Assembly (NCBI GenBank): GCA_964106645.2
Contig: OZ067048.1
Source of the DNA: Podarcis pityusensis
Taxonomy: Eukaryota
Length of the DNA stretch: 64,000 bases
Strand: one strand, 5' to 3'
Under the pieces are notes generated by a model. It saw only the letters and a program-made list of their open reading frames with translations, made no database searches and was not told the DNA's origin. Shown here in pieces: positions 27,261-39,379 of the stretch. Position numbers and translations under genes: made by a program. Positions within the stretch are counted from its first letter, which is position 1. Every line of letters begins with the position of its first letter.

Positions 27261-27678
27261 CGAAATAAAACAGCAACAATAGATTCCGCCAGCTGTGCAT
27301 TAAATCGCAAATGCCTGCTGGGCAAATGGAGCGGCTTTTACCTTGTGCCTCAAAGTGGCCATTGCAGGGGGAGAACAATGTCAGGCCGAAGAGAGGGCGC
27401 AATCTGGAGGCTCCTTCCACCTGTGCTGCGCCTTGTGTTGCCACCTGGCTAGCAAAGCTAATGTTGGGGCAACAAGAAGGGCATCTCTGGTTGATCTTAG
27501 TGGTTAGGTGGGCACTGGTGGTTGGTGCCCATTGGGCAGGCAGTTGGAAGCACAGGCAGAGCCGCCCACCGACTGGTTGTAAGAAGGCTGGCAGGTAGAG
27601 GCTGGCTAAGGTTGTTGCCCCTTTCATCCTAACAGTATTGCCCCACCTTCAGCCTCTGCTGAAGGTGGGGCAATACTG

Positions 27679-27927
27679 GAGAAGGTGCTCCTTCAGCTAC
27701 CTGGGCTCAAAGTCATTAGGGGCACAATAGGATCAATACTTTAAATTGGGTCCAGTAGTTCACAGACAACCATTGCAGAGATGTGATGATCAGAGTAATA
27801 TGATCTCCTCTCTCCACTCCAGATACCAGCCAAGCGTCAGTATTCTGCAGCAGCCGCAGCTTCCGGACAGTCTTCAAGGGTAGCTCTACATATGATATGT
27901 TGCAGTAATCTAAACAGGAGGTTATTA
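27679..27927 (-). mobile_element. Degraded L2 fragment
   Basis: TSCLDYCNISYVELPLKTVRKL..LQN on the - strand. Confidence 0.65.
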
Positions 27928-28300
27928 GTGGCGCTGTGGGTTAAACCACTGAGCCTAGGACTTGCCGATCAGAAGGTCAGCGGTTCGAATCCCCGCAATG
28001 GAGTGAGCACCCGTTGCTTGGTCCCAACTCCTGCCAATCTAGCAGTTTGAAAGCACGTCAAAGTGCAAGTAGATAGATAGGTACCGCTCCGGCGGGAAGG
28101 TAAATGGCGTTTCCGTGCGCTCCGGCGGGAAGGTAAATGGCGTTTCCGTGCGCTGCTCGGGTTCACCAGAAGCGGCTTAGTCATGCTGGCCACATGACCC
28201 GGAAGCTGTACACCGTTTCCCTCGGCCAATAAAGCAAGATGAGCGCCACAACCCCAGAGTCGGTCACAACTGGACCTAATGGTCAGGGGTCCCTTTACCT
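27928..28300 (+). mobile_element. Sauria SINE, near full length, with internal 33-bp tandem duplication
   Basis: A-box tggcgctgtggg, B-box ggttcgaatcc, 3' end ggtcaggggtccctttacct. Adjoins an L2 fragment. Confidence 0.88.
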
Positions 28301-31300
28301 AACTGAGGTGAAGCTGCCCCAGTCCAGGAACAACTAGCTGGTGAACCAGCAGGAGGCAGGCAAAGGTAATTCTTGCCACTAAGACACTTGGGCCCCCAGC
28401 AACAGAATTAAGAAGTAGAGGCAGATTTAGGAGAGCACAACTGGTTCTCCTGCACTGGGCCAAGAGGGCACCGCAGGGGGTGCCACAACAATGAGTTGGA
28501 ACAGAAGACAAGAGGCAGGGATTGCCTAATTTTGGCATCACACAGGACACCCCTGAAATTTGAAAGCAAGGAGTGCCAGCAAGCTATGAACCTGGTCTGT
28601 TGGCAGGAGTGCTATCCCAGGTCACGTCAATTCTCAGGATTCAGCTGCAGTCAATAGTGATAAAAAAAGAAGTCCATAAACTACCAGTATTTGCTCTTAT
28701 TGTAATAGCACCATCACTGTACAGCAGGGAACCCTCCAGATGCTGTTGAACTCTATCTACCATCAGCCCCAGGCAGCAGAGCCAATTGCAGGGATGATGG
28801 GAATTGTAGTCCAAGAGCATCTCAAACTTAGCTTCCTGTATCATACAAAATGCCCTGGGAAGCTGAACAGTTGAGAAATGTTTAGTATGCACAGAGTTCA
28901 TGAATAAAATGCCTTTACTTTTAGTTCAGTGACCTGAACCAATTGACCTACTGTAGGTATGTTTCTCACAGACATAATGATAGTGAAAGCTTCCCCAGCC
29001 TACTGAGATCATTCCAAGTGAAGATCATACTGGAAATGCTTTATGTGAAACACTTCCCAGAATTTTTCAGTATCAGGATGCAGCTTGAGTTGGTTTGGCC
29101 ACTGCTGCACAAAAATATTTTGTGGAGAACTTTTCCTGTCTAAAGGGTGGCAGGAAAATCTATTTAACCATATAATTTAGCAAGGAAAAACAGGATAGCT
29201 TGGATCCAGAGTTGTGCAACTCTGTATATGTGAGAAAATGTGAATGCAGGATCACTGGGGCAGTGCCGCAGAGTTGCCATCCTGGCACCAGCGTTGCTGC
29301 TACTTACGGAGGTGGGACAGGGTGGTGGCAAGGTCAGGGTGGCACCCCAGGGGAGCCACCCGGGCACTCTTGCCAGCACACCCATGCAGCAGCACCCACT
29401 CACTGTCCAGGTTAGCAGCAGTCATTCTGGTGTTGGGAGGGTGACTCTGCAGCAGCAGAGGGTGACTGTGCCAGCTGCTTCTGTGTGCATGAATGTCTGT
29501 GTGTGGATGTGCAGGTGGGGAAATATTATGAGGAATGGCCCCACACACTTTTGCATTGGTCTGGACCACCACTGTCATGCAACCCATGTTTCTCCCTCTC
29601 CCCCATAGGTCACCTACAAGGTGTTGCATCCACGTCCCTGGCTTATGCTTTTAGCCTTTACTGCAATGTTTTCTTGGGATGGTAGTCATGCCTTTATTTT
29701 TTCAGGGCTCCTTTTTATGTACAACTGCATGATAGGGGTAAAGACAACAGGGACAATTTTTTAATAGCATGGAGATGGGAGATATGGAAAGCTTCTGTCT
29801 GTTAAAGTTGATCTAAAAAATTGTGATGGCCCTACTTCTAGTTTATGCTTCTAAGTTGTGGTCACTTGGTTGCTGAAGGCAACATAATGACTGGTGTATT
29901 TTGGGACACTCTGATGTGTGCTACCAGTGGCTTCTGGCTGCATCAGAGAAGGAGGAGGGAGGGAGTCCAAGGCTTGCTGTAGCTTGTATTGTAATACTAA
30001 ACCTGGGGTGGGGAACCATTTCCACCCACTATCAATCCCCTGATGTCACCAGACAGACCATGAGGGATTAATTGCTAATTCATTCTGGGAAACATAGTAC
30101 TGTGAAGGGAAGGGGATCTCCCAACAATTTTCAGCACCCCAAACAAACTGCAGTTCCAAGGATACTTTAGACTATGATATAACAAATTGTATAACAGTGC
30201 TTTAAATGTCTGGTGCAGGTGTGTGCTGAAGGCAGAGGGCTCCTTCTCCACAATTCTCCTTCACCAAAGAACCCCCTTGTGTGTTTTAAGTGTGACATGA
30301 GGCCAGAGTGATTATAGCCCCAGGGAGCACATCTTACTGTCTGACATGTGTCTCTTTATATCCAGGTGTTGGTGTACTCTGACTGGGTACAGAGCTATAC
30401 CAAATTTTATAAGTTGTTTTGTTTTGTGGGCAAAGCAGTAAGAGATTTTCATTTTGCTGTTTCCTCCCTCACCACTGAGCTCAATAGGTGAACTTTTCCT
30501 TATGCCCGCTCTATAGACATCTTAATGTTGTTAAGGACATGGATGGGGTCTGAAGTGTATAGCATTTAGCATCAGTCTGCTCCTTCTATGTCCTGTACAC
30601 ATCTGTGTCCCATTTTGGTTGCTACACTGGCACGGTTGTGTTGGTGACACAGACACACAAGGATAGTTCTTGTGCCAGCATTAGTAATGCCAACTTTGCC
30701 AGCATAGCAGGGAGCTTCTGCCATATGGCCTGCAGGTCCTCTGCCGGCACATCCTGATTAAAGGATTGTGCCCTAAAAACTTGTCTAGAGAAATTCCATC
30801 AAGTTAAAGAAAGTGAGCCAGTTCTTTAAGCACTGGAATTTCCTGTAATGCATCTATCATTAATTATGCAGGAGAATTTCAGAAATGAATGTGAGCTTTA
30901 AGAGTTACAGGACATTACATTACACAAATATGCTTTCTGGCTCTGCAAGTCTGTTTAACCTGGCTTGCTTTCTGTTTGGGTCAACAGTTGCCAATAATAT
31001 AGTCCTTTGCCTGTGGGTTAAATGCTTACTTCCTGGAAAAACTAGATACAGAGAAATAGAAGGGTTGCATTAAAACTCTCTTTGGTCACCACTGGAAAGT
31101 CATGCTAGTTGTGGATCTGATGGAGGCCCAAGGCATCCCTGCTTCAATCTTTGATACCTTGATTATGCCCCTTTAACCTCAGTGCTTAATGACTCCCATG
31201 TTGCTCACACACAGACAGCCTAATCAAACTGAGGCATAACCTAGATCAAGGTGTAGCCAGGATTTTTGTGGTGAGGGGAGGCTTTTGCTAGGGGGGATCA

Positions 31301-31676
31301 GAACCTCAGATTTGTATTGATTTTGATTTATTTAGGGGGGGCAGCTGCCCCCCGCCTCCCCTCAGCTACGCCCATGACTGAGCTGCAGAGTAGTTAAAAG
31401 AAAGTTGGCCCAGTTACCACTGCTGCATATCCCTCCTCCCCTTGACTTGCCTCTCTCCCTCACTTCTGCCACTGATTCACCTCACCCAGCCTCAGTTCCC
31501 TCTCACTTGCAGCAGTCCCTTCCCCCACTTGCTTCCTCTTCCTCTTCAGTTCAAAACAGAGTGTGTGCTCAGAAAAAAACCACATTTTGATGCATGGATA
31601 AAGGAGGAGACCACACTTGCTTGACAGAATGCTAATGTGGAATTATGGCCAAGGCTGATTTCCCCAGGGCTACACA

Positions 31677-31858
31677 CAGTGCTTTTTTTCTTTAAAAAAA
31701 ATGTTTAGAGGTACTCTCTTTTTTCTACTCATATTGAAATACTGCCCCTCAATGAGGCCAAACTTAGATTCACAGGGGTATGCCTAGGGGTATACATTTA
31801 GGGGCATAGGGGTTTAGGGGTATGCGTACCACTGCATCCCCCCAGAAAAAAAGCACTG
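31677..31858. mobile_element. hAT MITE
   Basis: TIR CAGTGCTTTTTTTCT, perfect 8-bp TSD GCTACACA. Confidence 0.85.
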
Positions 31859-31955
31859 GCTACACACATTGTTAGAGGAGGTATCTTTTTTCACTGGATT
31901 ACGTTAGGTTTCTGCTTTCAATGAGCAACTTAGATCTCGCTGAAAACTTGATGGT

Positions 31956-32644
31956 CAACACACACAATTGCCTCATTACGTAAATCATGTTTAGAACACC
32001 ACAACACAGACGTAACTGGCTGTAAAGTAACATAGCATTATATGTAATAAAACTGTGATTTAATCGTCATATAAAAATATTGCAAAGCACAGTTCCTGAT
32101 GGCAATAACATATCATATTACTATTAACCTTCTATATGTATTATTATCGTAAAGTCCAAGGATTGTCAAGTCCAAAGATTGTCACGTTCAATTATTACAA
32201 CGTACAGTTCCTGTTGCCAATGCTTGACTTGACAAGCTTTGGACTTCACGACAATAATACATGTAGAAGGTTAATAGTAATATGATATGTTAGTGCCGTC
32301 AGGAACTGTGATTTGCAATTTTTTGATATGACGATTAAATCACAGTTTTATTACAGTGGTACCTCGGGTTACATACGCTTCAGATTACATACGCTTCAGG
32401 TTACAGACTCCACTAACCCAGAAATAGTACCTCAGATTAAGAACTTTGCTTCAGGATGAGAACAGAAATTCTGTCCGGCAGCGCAGCAGCAGCAGGAGGC
32501 CCCATTAGCTAAAGTGGTGCTTCAGGTTAAGAACAGTTTCAGGTTAAGAACGGACCTCCGGAACGAATTAAGTACTTAACCCAAGGTACCACTGTACATA
32601 CAATGTTATGTTACTTTACAGCCAGTTACGTGTGTGTTGTGGTG
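31956..32644. mobile_element. Unclassified fold-back insertion with ~176-bp inverted arms
   Basis: Arms 31997-32172 and 32226-32644 (excluding the nested MITE), about 13 mismatches. Flanking direct repeat (TG)AAAACTTGATGGT. Confidence 0.8.
32354..32594. mobile_element. Same MITE family, opposite orientation, nested in the fold-back element
   Basis: TA|CAGTGGTACC...GGTACCACTG|TA interrupting the right arm of a long inverted repeat. Confidence 0.88.
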
Positions 32645-33459
32645 AAAACTTGATGGTGTCAGAGTCTCTGCACTATCAGTGCTTCTAGACTATCAGTTCT
32701 GCCCTGGTTCCTTCTAGTCCAGCTGAAGGAGGTAAGCTCTGACCAGTTTGCTGTCACTCAGCTGTTGGGCTGGCTCAGTACCAGCCAGGAGAGGTAGGAG
32801 GAGGAGCAGCAGTAGGAGGCATCACTTTAGGGAACAGTGCAAGATGCTGATAAGCACACACACATTCACCACAGTTCAGAGATGTGACTAACAATCTGGC
32901 CCCTCGTCTGACCTCCTTTCCATTGGCATATTCTTTTCTGGTTTTCTCCTCCATTGTTTGGAATCATTGCTATCCATCCATTTCCTTGACTCCCCCCAGC
33001 CCATATCCTCCCTCCTTTCCTCTTCCCCCTTCATGCATATCTGCCTCCTCTAAAGAAAAGTCTCCCTCCAGCTAACACCTCATTCATTTAAAATCTGCTC
33101 TGTCTTCCTCTCATCACTCCAAATCCTCCCTCCATGATTGCATCCTTTCTCATGTCTTCTTCCTTCCTAATTTCTGCCTATTTATATCATCTTAATTCTT
33201 TGCAGCATCAAGTCTTATTTCCTCAAAACAAGACTGTGTATGCACACACACAAACTTTTCTTCCATGCAAGTTGCTGTTATTTACATCACAGTTTCAAGT
33301 GTGTGTATGAAAAACATAAGTTATAGAGGTCAAGAAGGCATGATGTCACCCAGGAAAAATGCTGAAGAGGCTGCAGCTCCATTGGCACATACCTCCGTAT
33401 GTGGTGGGAATGCCCCCAAATTTAATCAGTGCTGCAGTAAATCTGCAAAATAACAAAAC

Positions 33460-33700
33460 AAGTAGTAGAAGCAACTCCAGAATTAGCCCTATTAAATACA
33501 TTCCAAGACAAGGATGCACATTCACATGACAAGGAACTCAAAGTCACTCTAAGCAGCTAGAGGCATCATAGCTAGCTACTGGAAAGACCTATCAAGAGTG
33601 AATATAGATCACTAGTACAAAAATGTATGGGAAATGTATGGAAAAGTTAACCCACAAACTTAAACAAACTTAAACTGGCCCCACCTTTTTCCCTGACAAG
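33460..33700 (+). mobile_element. Degraded L1 ORF2 C-terminal fragment
   Basis: Translates to ELALLNTF...AARGIIASYWKD...YKNVWE with stops and frameshifts, resembling AARVLLAQNWK of the L1 at 58 kb. Confidence 0.5.
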
Positions 33701-34689
33701 GACAAACACAAAAGGCAACACCTATTGATATGAATGGGAAAGACCAATGTTCTTCCCCATATACAAACTGAAATACAAGTGGGTGTGGACTACTTCAGTG
33801 CCATTCAACGGGTGGAAAAGTGGATTAACAACTAAATGATGCTCAAAGATGGATAAGCCCTTACATTTCACGGCTTTTTGGCTCCATTGTTAACATTTCC
33901 CCCCTGTGTACTTTATTTATGGATTAAAATAATTTATACCCTACCTTTCCACTACGGAATAGCACTCAAGGCAGCTAACAACATTCAATTGTTCAATCCT
34001 GTCCATATTTACGTGTACTTGGAAATAGGCACCACTGAACACCATGATGTCATCTGCAAATTTGATGAACATCCCCTCAATTCCTTCATCCAAGACATTA
34101 TAAAGACATTGAACTACAACAGGCCCAGGACAAAGGCTTACTCCCAGGTAAACGAGCTTAGGCTTGCAACCTAAAATGATAATAAATGAAATAAAACAAA
34201 TAACAATAAATCACAAAAAGATATGAAAGATAAATAAAAATAACATTTCAGTATAAAAATTAAGACAAATTGAAAAGTCTGCCTGAAGAGAATTAACTTT
34301 ATTAAGGCAGCAGAAACTGAAAACCTCAGCTCATGGCATATTCTTAGGTGGGTCTTTACTAACTTCTAAGGCACACTGATCTTGCAAAATGGAGACCAGT
34401 AACATTACTGGTTGAGTCACACAGCAGTTTCATGCTGGCTGAAGATATCAGATCCCTTCTCAGTAACTTCCGTGCAGGTGAGCAGTGATGTCAAAAGTAC
34501 CTTATTGCTGCAGGCCTTCTTTGGTGCATCTGCGTCAAGTGTGGGAAACCTTTTTCAGCCCAGAGGCTGCATTCCTTCAAGACCAACCTCCCAGGCTCCA
34601 CATAGCGGTAGTGGGTGGGGCAATAGATGTCCCTCTTATATTTGTGCAGTAGGAGACTGTCCAGCCGCTCACAAGTCAGCAGTTTCAAT

Positions 34690-35250
34690 AATCATTACTA
34701 AATTAATTTTTATACTGCCTAATGCTAATAAAGGCTTCTAAGTGGCTTACAAAACCCAGCCACACAAGCGTTAAAATATGAACACCCACCATTAAACTAG
34801 GCAATAAAACAATCCCATTAAAATTAAAAACAAGAGACAGGTGGAGAGATCAAGGGAATGCCCATGTAAAGAAGTACATCTTCAAAAGCCAGGGGAACCC
34901 CAATACAGATGGTGCCTCTCATTTTAAGCAGGGAGTGCTTTCCATATTACTGGTCCCTGTCACCACAAACCAATGAGGCTAGGGCAAGGCTAAGCTAGTT
35001 CCATTTGTTGCTATCAATGCCCTTACTGGGCAATGGAGGGAAGTCACTCTTTCAGGTAACCTGGCTCAGAGTTGTTTAGGGCTTTTATATGTAAGTAACA
35101 AGAACTCAACCCTTGTTGAACATAAGCAACCAGTTCAGAGCTTTTAGCACAGGTGTATGACCTGTAAGGGGCACTGTGCCCTACCTGCGTGGGCCTCAGC
35201 AGTCGTAAGGAAAGCCCCACATAGAGCACATCACTGCAGTCCAAACCAGT
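34690..35250 (-). mobile_element. Degraded L2 3' fragment
   Basis: LDCSDVLYVGLSLRLL and IKALNNSEPGYLKE. Confidence 0.65.
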
Positions 35251-35269
35251 GCATTCTATTCTATTACTA

Positions 35270-35447
35270 TGGGTAGCTGCCTTATACTGAGTCAGACCTT
35301 TGGTCCATCTAGCTTAGCATTATCAACACTGATTGGCATCAGGTCTCCAGGATTTCAGACTGGGGTCTATCCCAGCCTTACCAAGAGAGGTCAGGGATCT
35401 TCTGCATGCACAGCAAAGGCTCTACAACTGAGTTATGATCCTTTCCC
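35270..35447 (-). mobile_element. tRNA-derived SINE with CR1-like 3' end (related copy ~20135-20305)
   Basis: The two copies share gccttatactgagtcagacc..ggtccatctag..ttctgcatgca. Confidence 0.55.
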
Positions 35448-38400
35448 TGTTGCCCAGCCAAAGCAAAAACAGCAACTTCCTCTTCAGAGTTATTCTCCTG
35501 TAAAATTAGTTACTGTTCAGCAACCTGCACTTGGAATTGATCTTCTGGATCCCATTGCCAGCTTCAAATTCAAGACCTCAAAAATGCACTTCCCCTATAT
35601 TTTCATAAAGTGCCTGCACAATGTCAGGTTCACGCTCTAACACCCACACAGGCGGTGAACTGTAAGACACACTTTTTCCCCTGTGTGTGGTCACGTAAGA
35701 ATGAAGCCCCACCTAGGCCAGCATCCTGTTCTCACAGTGGCCACTCAGATGCCTGTGGGAAACCTGCAAGCAGGCAATGGGTGCAACAGCACTTTCCTCA
35801 CTTGTGAATCCAAGCAACAGGTAGTCAGAGGCTTACCACCTACAGCTGTGGAGGTTGTCCGTGGCCGTCATGATTTGCAGCCAGTGATAGGCTTATTCTC
35901 TAGGAATTTATCTAATCTCCTTTAAAAGCCACCAAGGCTGATGACAAATCAAGAACATTTGAAAAAGTGGGGAGAGCATTTTTATTTTATTTTTGTCTTA
36001 GGGAAATCTTCTGTTAGTTTAGAATGTTTAATTGATTTAGAGTCTTATTTACAGAACAACTGTTAAGGGTGTGTTTATGAGGAAGTGAAGTGGCAGTCCA
36101 ATTGCCACCTTAACAGTAGGCTGTACCAGGTCCTGGAATCAGTTAAGCAGGTGAATAATTGCATTTAAAGCAATATTTTAAATTCTATTTACATATATGG
36201 CAGAACCATGTGAATCATTGATTCAGTAGAACATTTTGCTTAACAAATATGCTAATGGAAAAATAAATGGTTCACAGGTATTGTGTCACTAATTGAACAT
36301 TATATTTGCCATTGGTTTTCCCATTGCTATTTCTTTAACATGCAGATTAAGGACCTATTCTCTTTACTACTGTATGGCATAGTGGTATCAGATTTTGTTT
36401 TCCTCCCATTCAGTACTGGAGTCCAAGAGATGTAGCTTTTTTCTTCTAAAAGGTAGCTTTTCCCAGCACCACAATGATCATGGAGCAATTAAAGTGTGCC
36501 CTACAGTCCAATCCTATGTCTGCTCTGAATTAAGTCTTTTTTTACTACAGTAGGGCTTACTCCCAGGTGAGTATAGGATTATAGCTTTAATGAATGGGAA
36601 TTAAATGGGCGTATGCACATTCTTCAATGGGGGGGGGGGGCAGGGCAAGGGACATACAACTCTAGGTGCACATTAATATACAGCAGAGGCCAAAAAATAA
36701 GTGGAGAACTACAGATTCTTGTTGTGGTGACATTCATACTTTTTAATTGTGTAGCCTGAATATTGCAATGTATCATGTATCAATAATAATAAATCAGCTA
36801 TCACAGCTGGATGTTGTGCTTTGTCTCAGATGGAGAACCCAAAACAGAGTTTGAACAAGATACCAGCAGATTCCAGATATCCAAGGAGCTTATTAGCAGA
36901 TTAGTCTCCAAGCAGAGATCTTAGCTATGAATTACATAGCAGCATTATACAGCAATCTGCCCTAAAACTACTGACTTCTACTCCTGTCCTGAAGTAACTT
37001 AAATTGTCCTGAGAAGCTATTCTTGAATCTAAAAGTAGATGATCTGTGCCACCCAGTGGACAGAAGAATATTTAAACAATTAGCCTGAATTTTCTGAACA
37101 TGATAGAACCTTAAGAAAGGTTAGTCTATTGCAGCAGAAAACCATAGGAATTTGCATTTTCTGTTGTGGAGTTTTAGAATTAAAGTCATTATGTTGACAT
37201 AACACTGGTTTTGCCTTCCATGCTGATTCTCCTAACCTATATTTGAACTAGGAAAATTGGGATGAGCATTCCCTCCTCCTTTTCCTGTGCAAATAGTTGC
37301 TGGCCAGAATTCAGATTCAAAGTACTCACAAACCTGACTGTGGACTGGTTGTTTTTACAATCCAAGCACTGCCCACCAATCTGTACTGGCCATCTAGTCT
37401 TGACAGTCCCACACATCTGCCACCAATCTTTCACAAAGGGTGCACTTACCATGCTTATATTATTACACATAGGGTCTCTGCCATATACACCATATATTAA
37501 AAGTGTGTACTAGCATTATCCCAGTTAATGTCCCTACTGCCATCATTTTAAGTAAATAATAGCTTTGAATGCCTTTTCTTGCTAGATATAGACAGGGGAT
37601 GAACAGACCAGAAAATGAAGATTGGAAAGTGAGATGTATTACAATTTATTAAAGGTTACTATAATATAAAATAATAGGTTTATTTACAGGTTGGATATAT
37701 AACAATGTTGCTTCACCAATGTTAATGTTACTGTTATTTTAAAGAAGTGACTATATAGTTGCTGTAGATCCTACCTTCAAACATTAGCCAATTAACCTTT
37801 TAATCTTCACCCAAGTTAAATCACAGGCTATTTAGAGTTCACGATCTTTGCAGTTTAACAGCCAACTGCAGGTATATTGCCTGCAGTTCTTTCATAGTAT
37901 TGCTACTGGAGTCTTCCTCTCACCCTTGCAGATCTTCTTAGCTTCTATCTTTAATGATTTCAGCTGTGAAGCATTGGCTCCTTCCTCTATATCAACTGCC
38001 TAGCCCTGGGGGCCCCAGTCTGGCACCTGTGGGGACCACAGCACCCTCAGGTACCCTGTTTGGAGCCTGCCAAAGTCCATACTCCTCCCCGCTTTATTAT
38101 TATTGAGTTTTTGAGCTTGTTAATCCTGCTGTTGTATTTTTTGCAGGGGGGAGGTTGTTGCCTACTTTTTTGTCAGTTTTTTCCCCTTTTGGTGGGGTGA
38201 GGGTGTTTGTTTGTTGGTCATCCCCACCCCACCACCAAATCTTAAAGCTTCAATATCTCTGTGTTGGGAAACTGTGAAAGGAAACCAGCACCTGTGAAAG
38301 TATCAGTGCTCTGTACCAATTAAAGGTAAAGCTGAAATCAGAGTTTGGAAGCATGACTTGACACTTATTTATGAGTAATAAAGACCACAGCCAAGGAAAA

Positions 38401-39379
38401 TCCCTGGTGCTACCTGTTTTGCTTCCAGCAGTGTGCCAAGACTTTTTAATGCAAGAGCACATACGGGATCATGTGACACCTATGGCAGCCAGCCAACAAA
38501 AACAACATTGTCTGCATGCCTTGCCCATGAAGGTGACCCTGCACACTTGACAAAACAAGCACCTCCGCTGTGTGGACAGGAAACCTGAGCACATGCCAAA
38601 CACACCATGTGGCTGAGGCGTGTAGCTGTGAGGCAGAGTAGGCAAGAGGGCAATCACTCTCTTTATATGGTATCTTAAGGAAGTAGAAATGGTCAAAGCA
38701 TTCTCAGGGCCAGCCCACCCAGGAGGCAAAGGGAGGTGACCACCTCAGGCAGCAGGATTCACAGGGGCAACAGATCCCAATGTAGATCTTGGTCTTTAGG
38801 TAGATCTCCACTCACTCCTTCCCTGGTGGAGGAGATAGAATTTTGTTCTCCTAAGGGGCCAAGGTGTCTTGGTTTGGCCGAGCCTTATTGCCATAATCAG
38901 AAACTCTGCAAAAAGGAATCACAGAATTGTAGACTTGGAAGGGACCCCAAGGGTCCTCTAGCCCACCCCCCCGCAGTGCTCTTCCTGTGCCTGCTTCCTG
39001 CACCATCTTCCCTGATGGAGAGTTCTCATGGGTGAAGTCAGGGAAGAAGTAAAAAAAATAAAAATACTTAACAGAATTTGTAGAAAGGTTTTGACAGGTT
39101 TCCCCGAGCCCTTGGGGGTCAAAGGCAAGTCATTTAAAAGAAGTGTTGTTGGGACATTTCACTCCGAATCTGCTACAGGGTCAGACAGAGGATGGTGCCA
39201 GGAGGGCGTCCTGCCCCGCCCCCCAACCCTGGCTAGGCCCTTGAGGCTTCTGGAAGTCTTGCCCCCCTTTTCGTGACGCTGCCTCGCTGTTCATTTCGAG
39301 GGCCTTAGGCTTTTTAGGGGCGGGGAAAGGCAGTTCCAGGGCTCCTTCCAAGCAGAAGAATAAAGCGTTTAGTACATAA

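Noticed and set aside
26240-27627. Many overlapping ORFs at the GCNT1 CpG island
   Set aside because: GC-content artefact with no recognisable domain.
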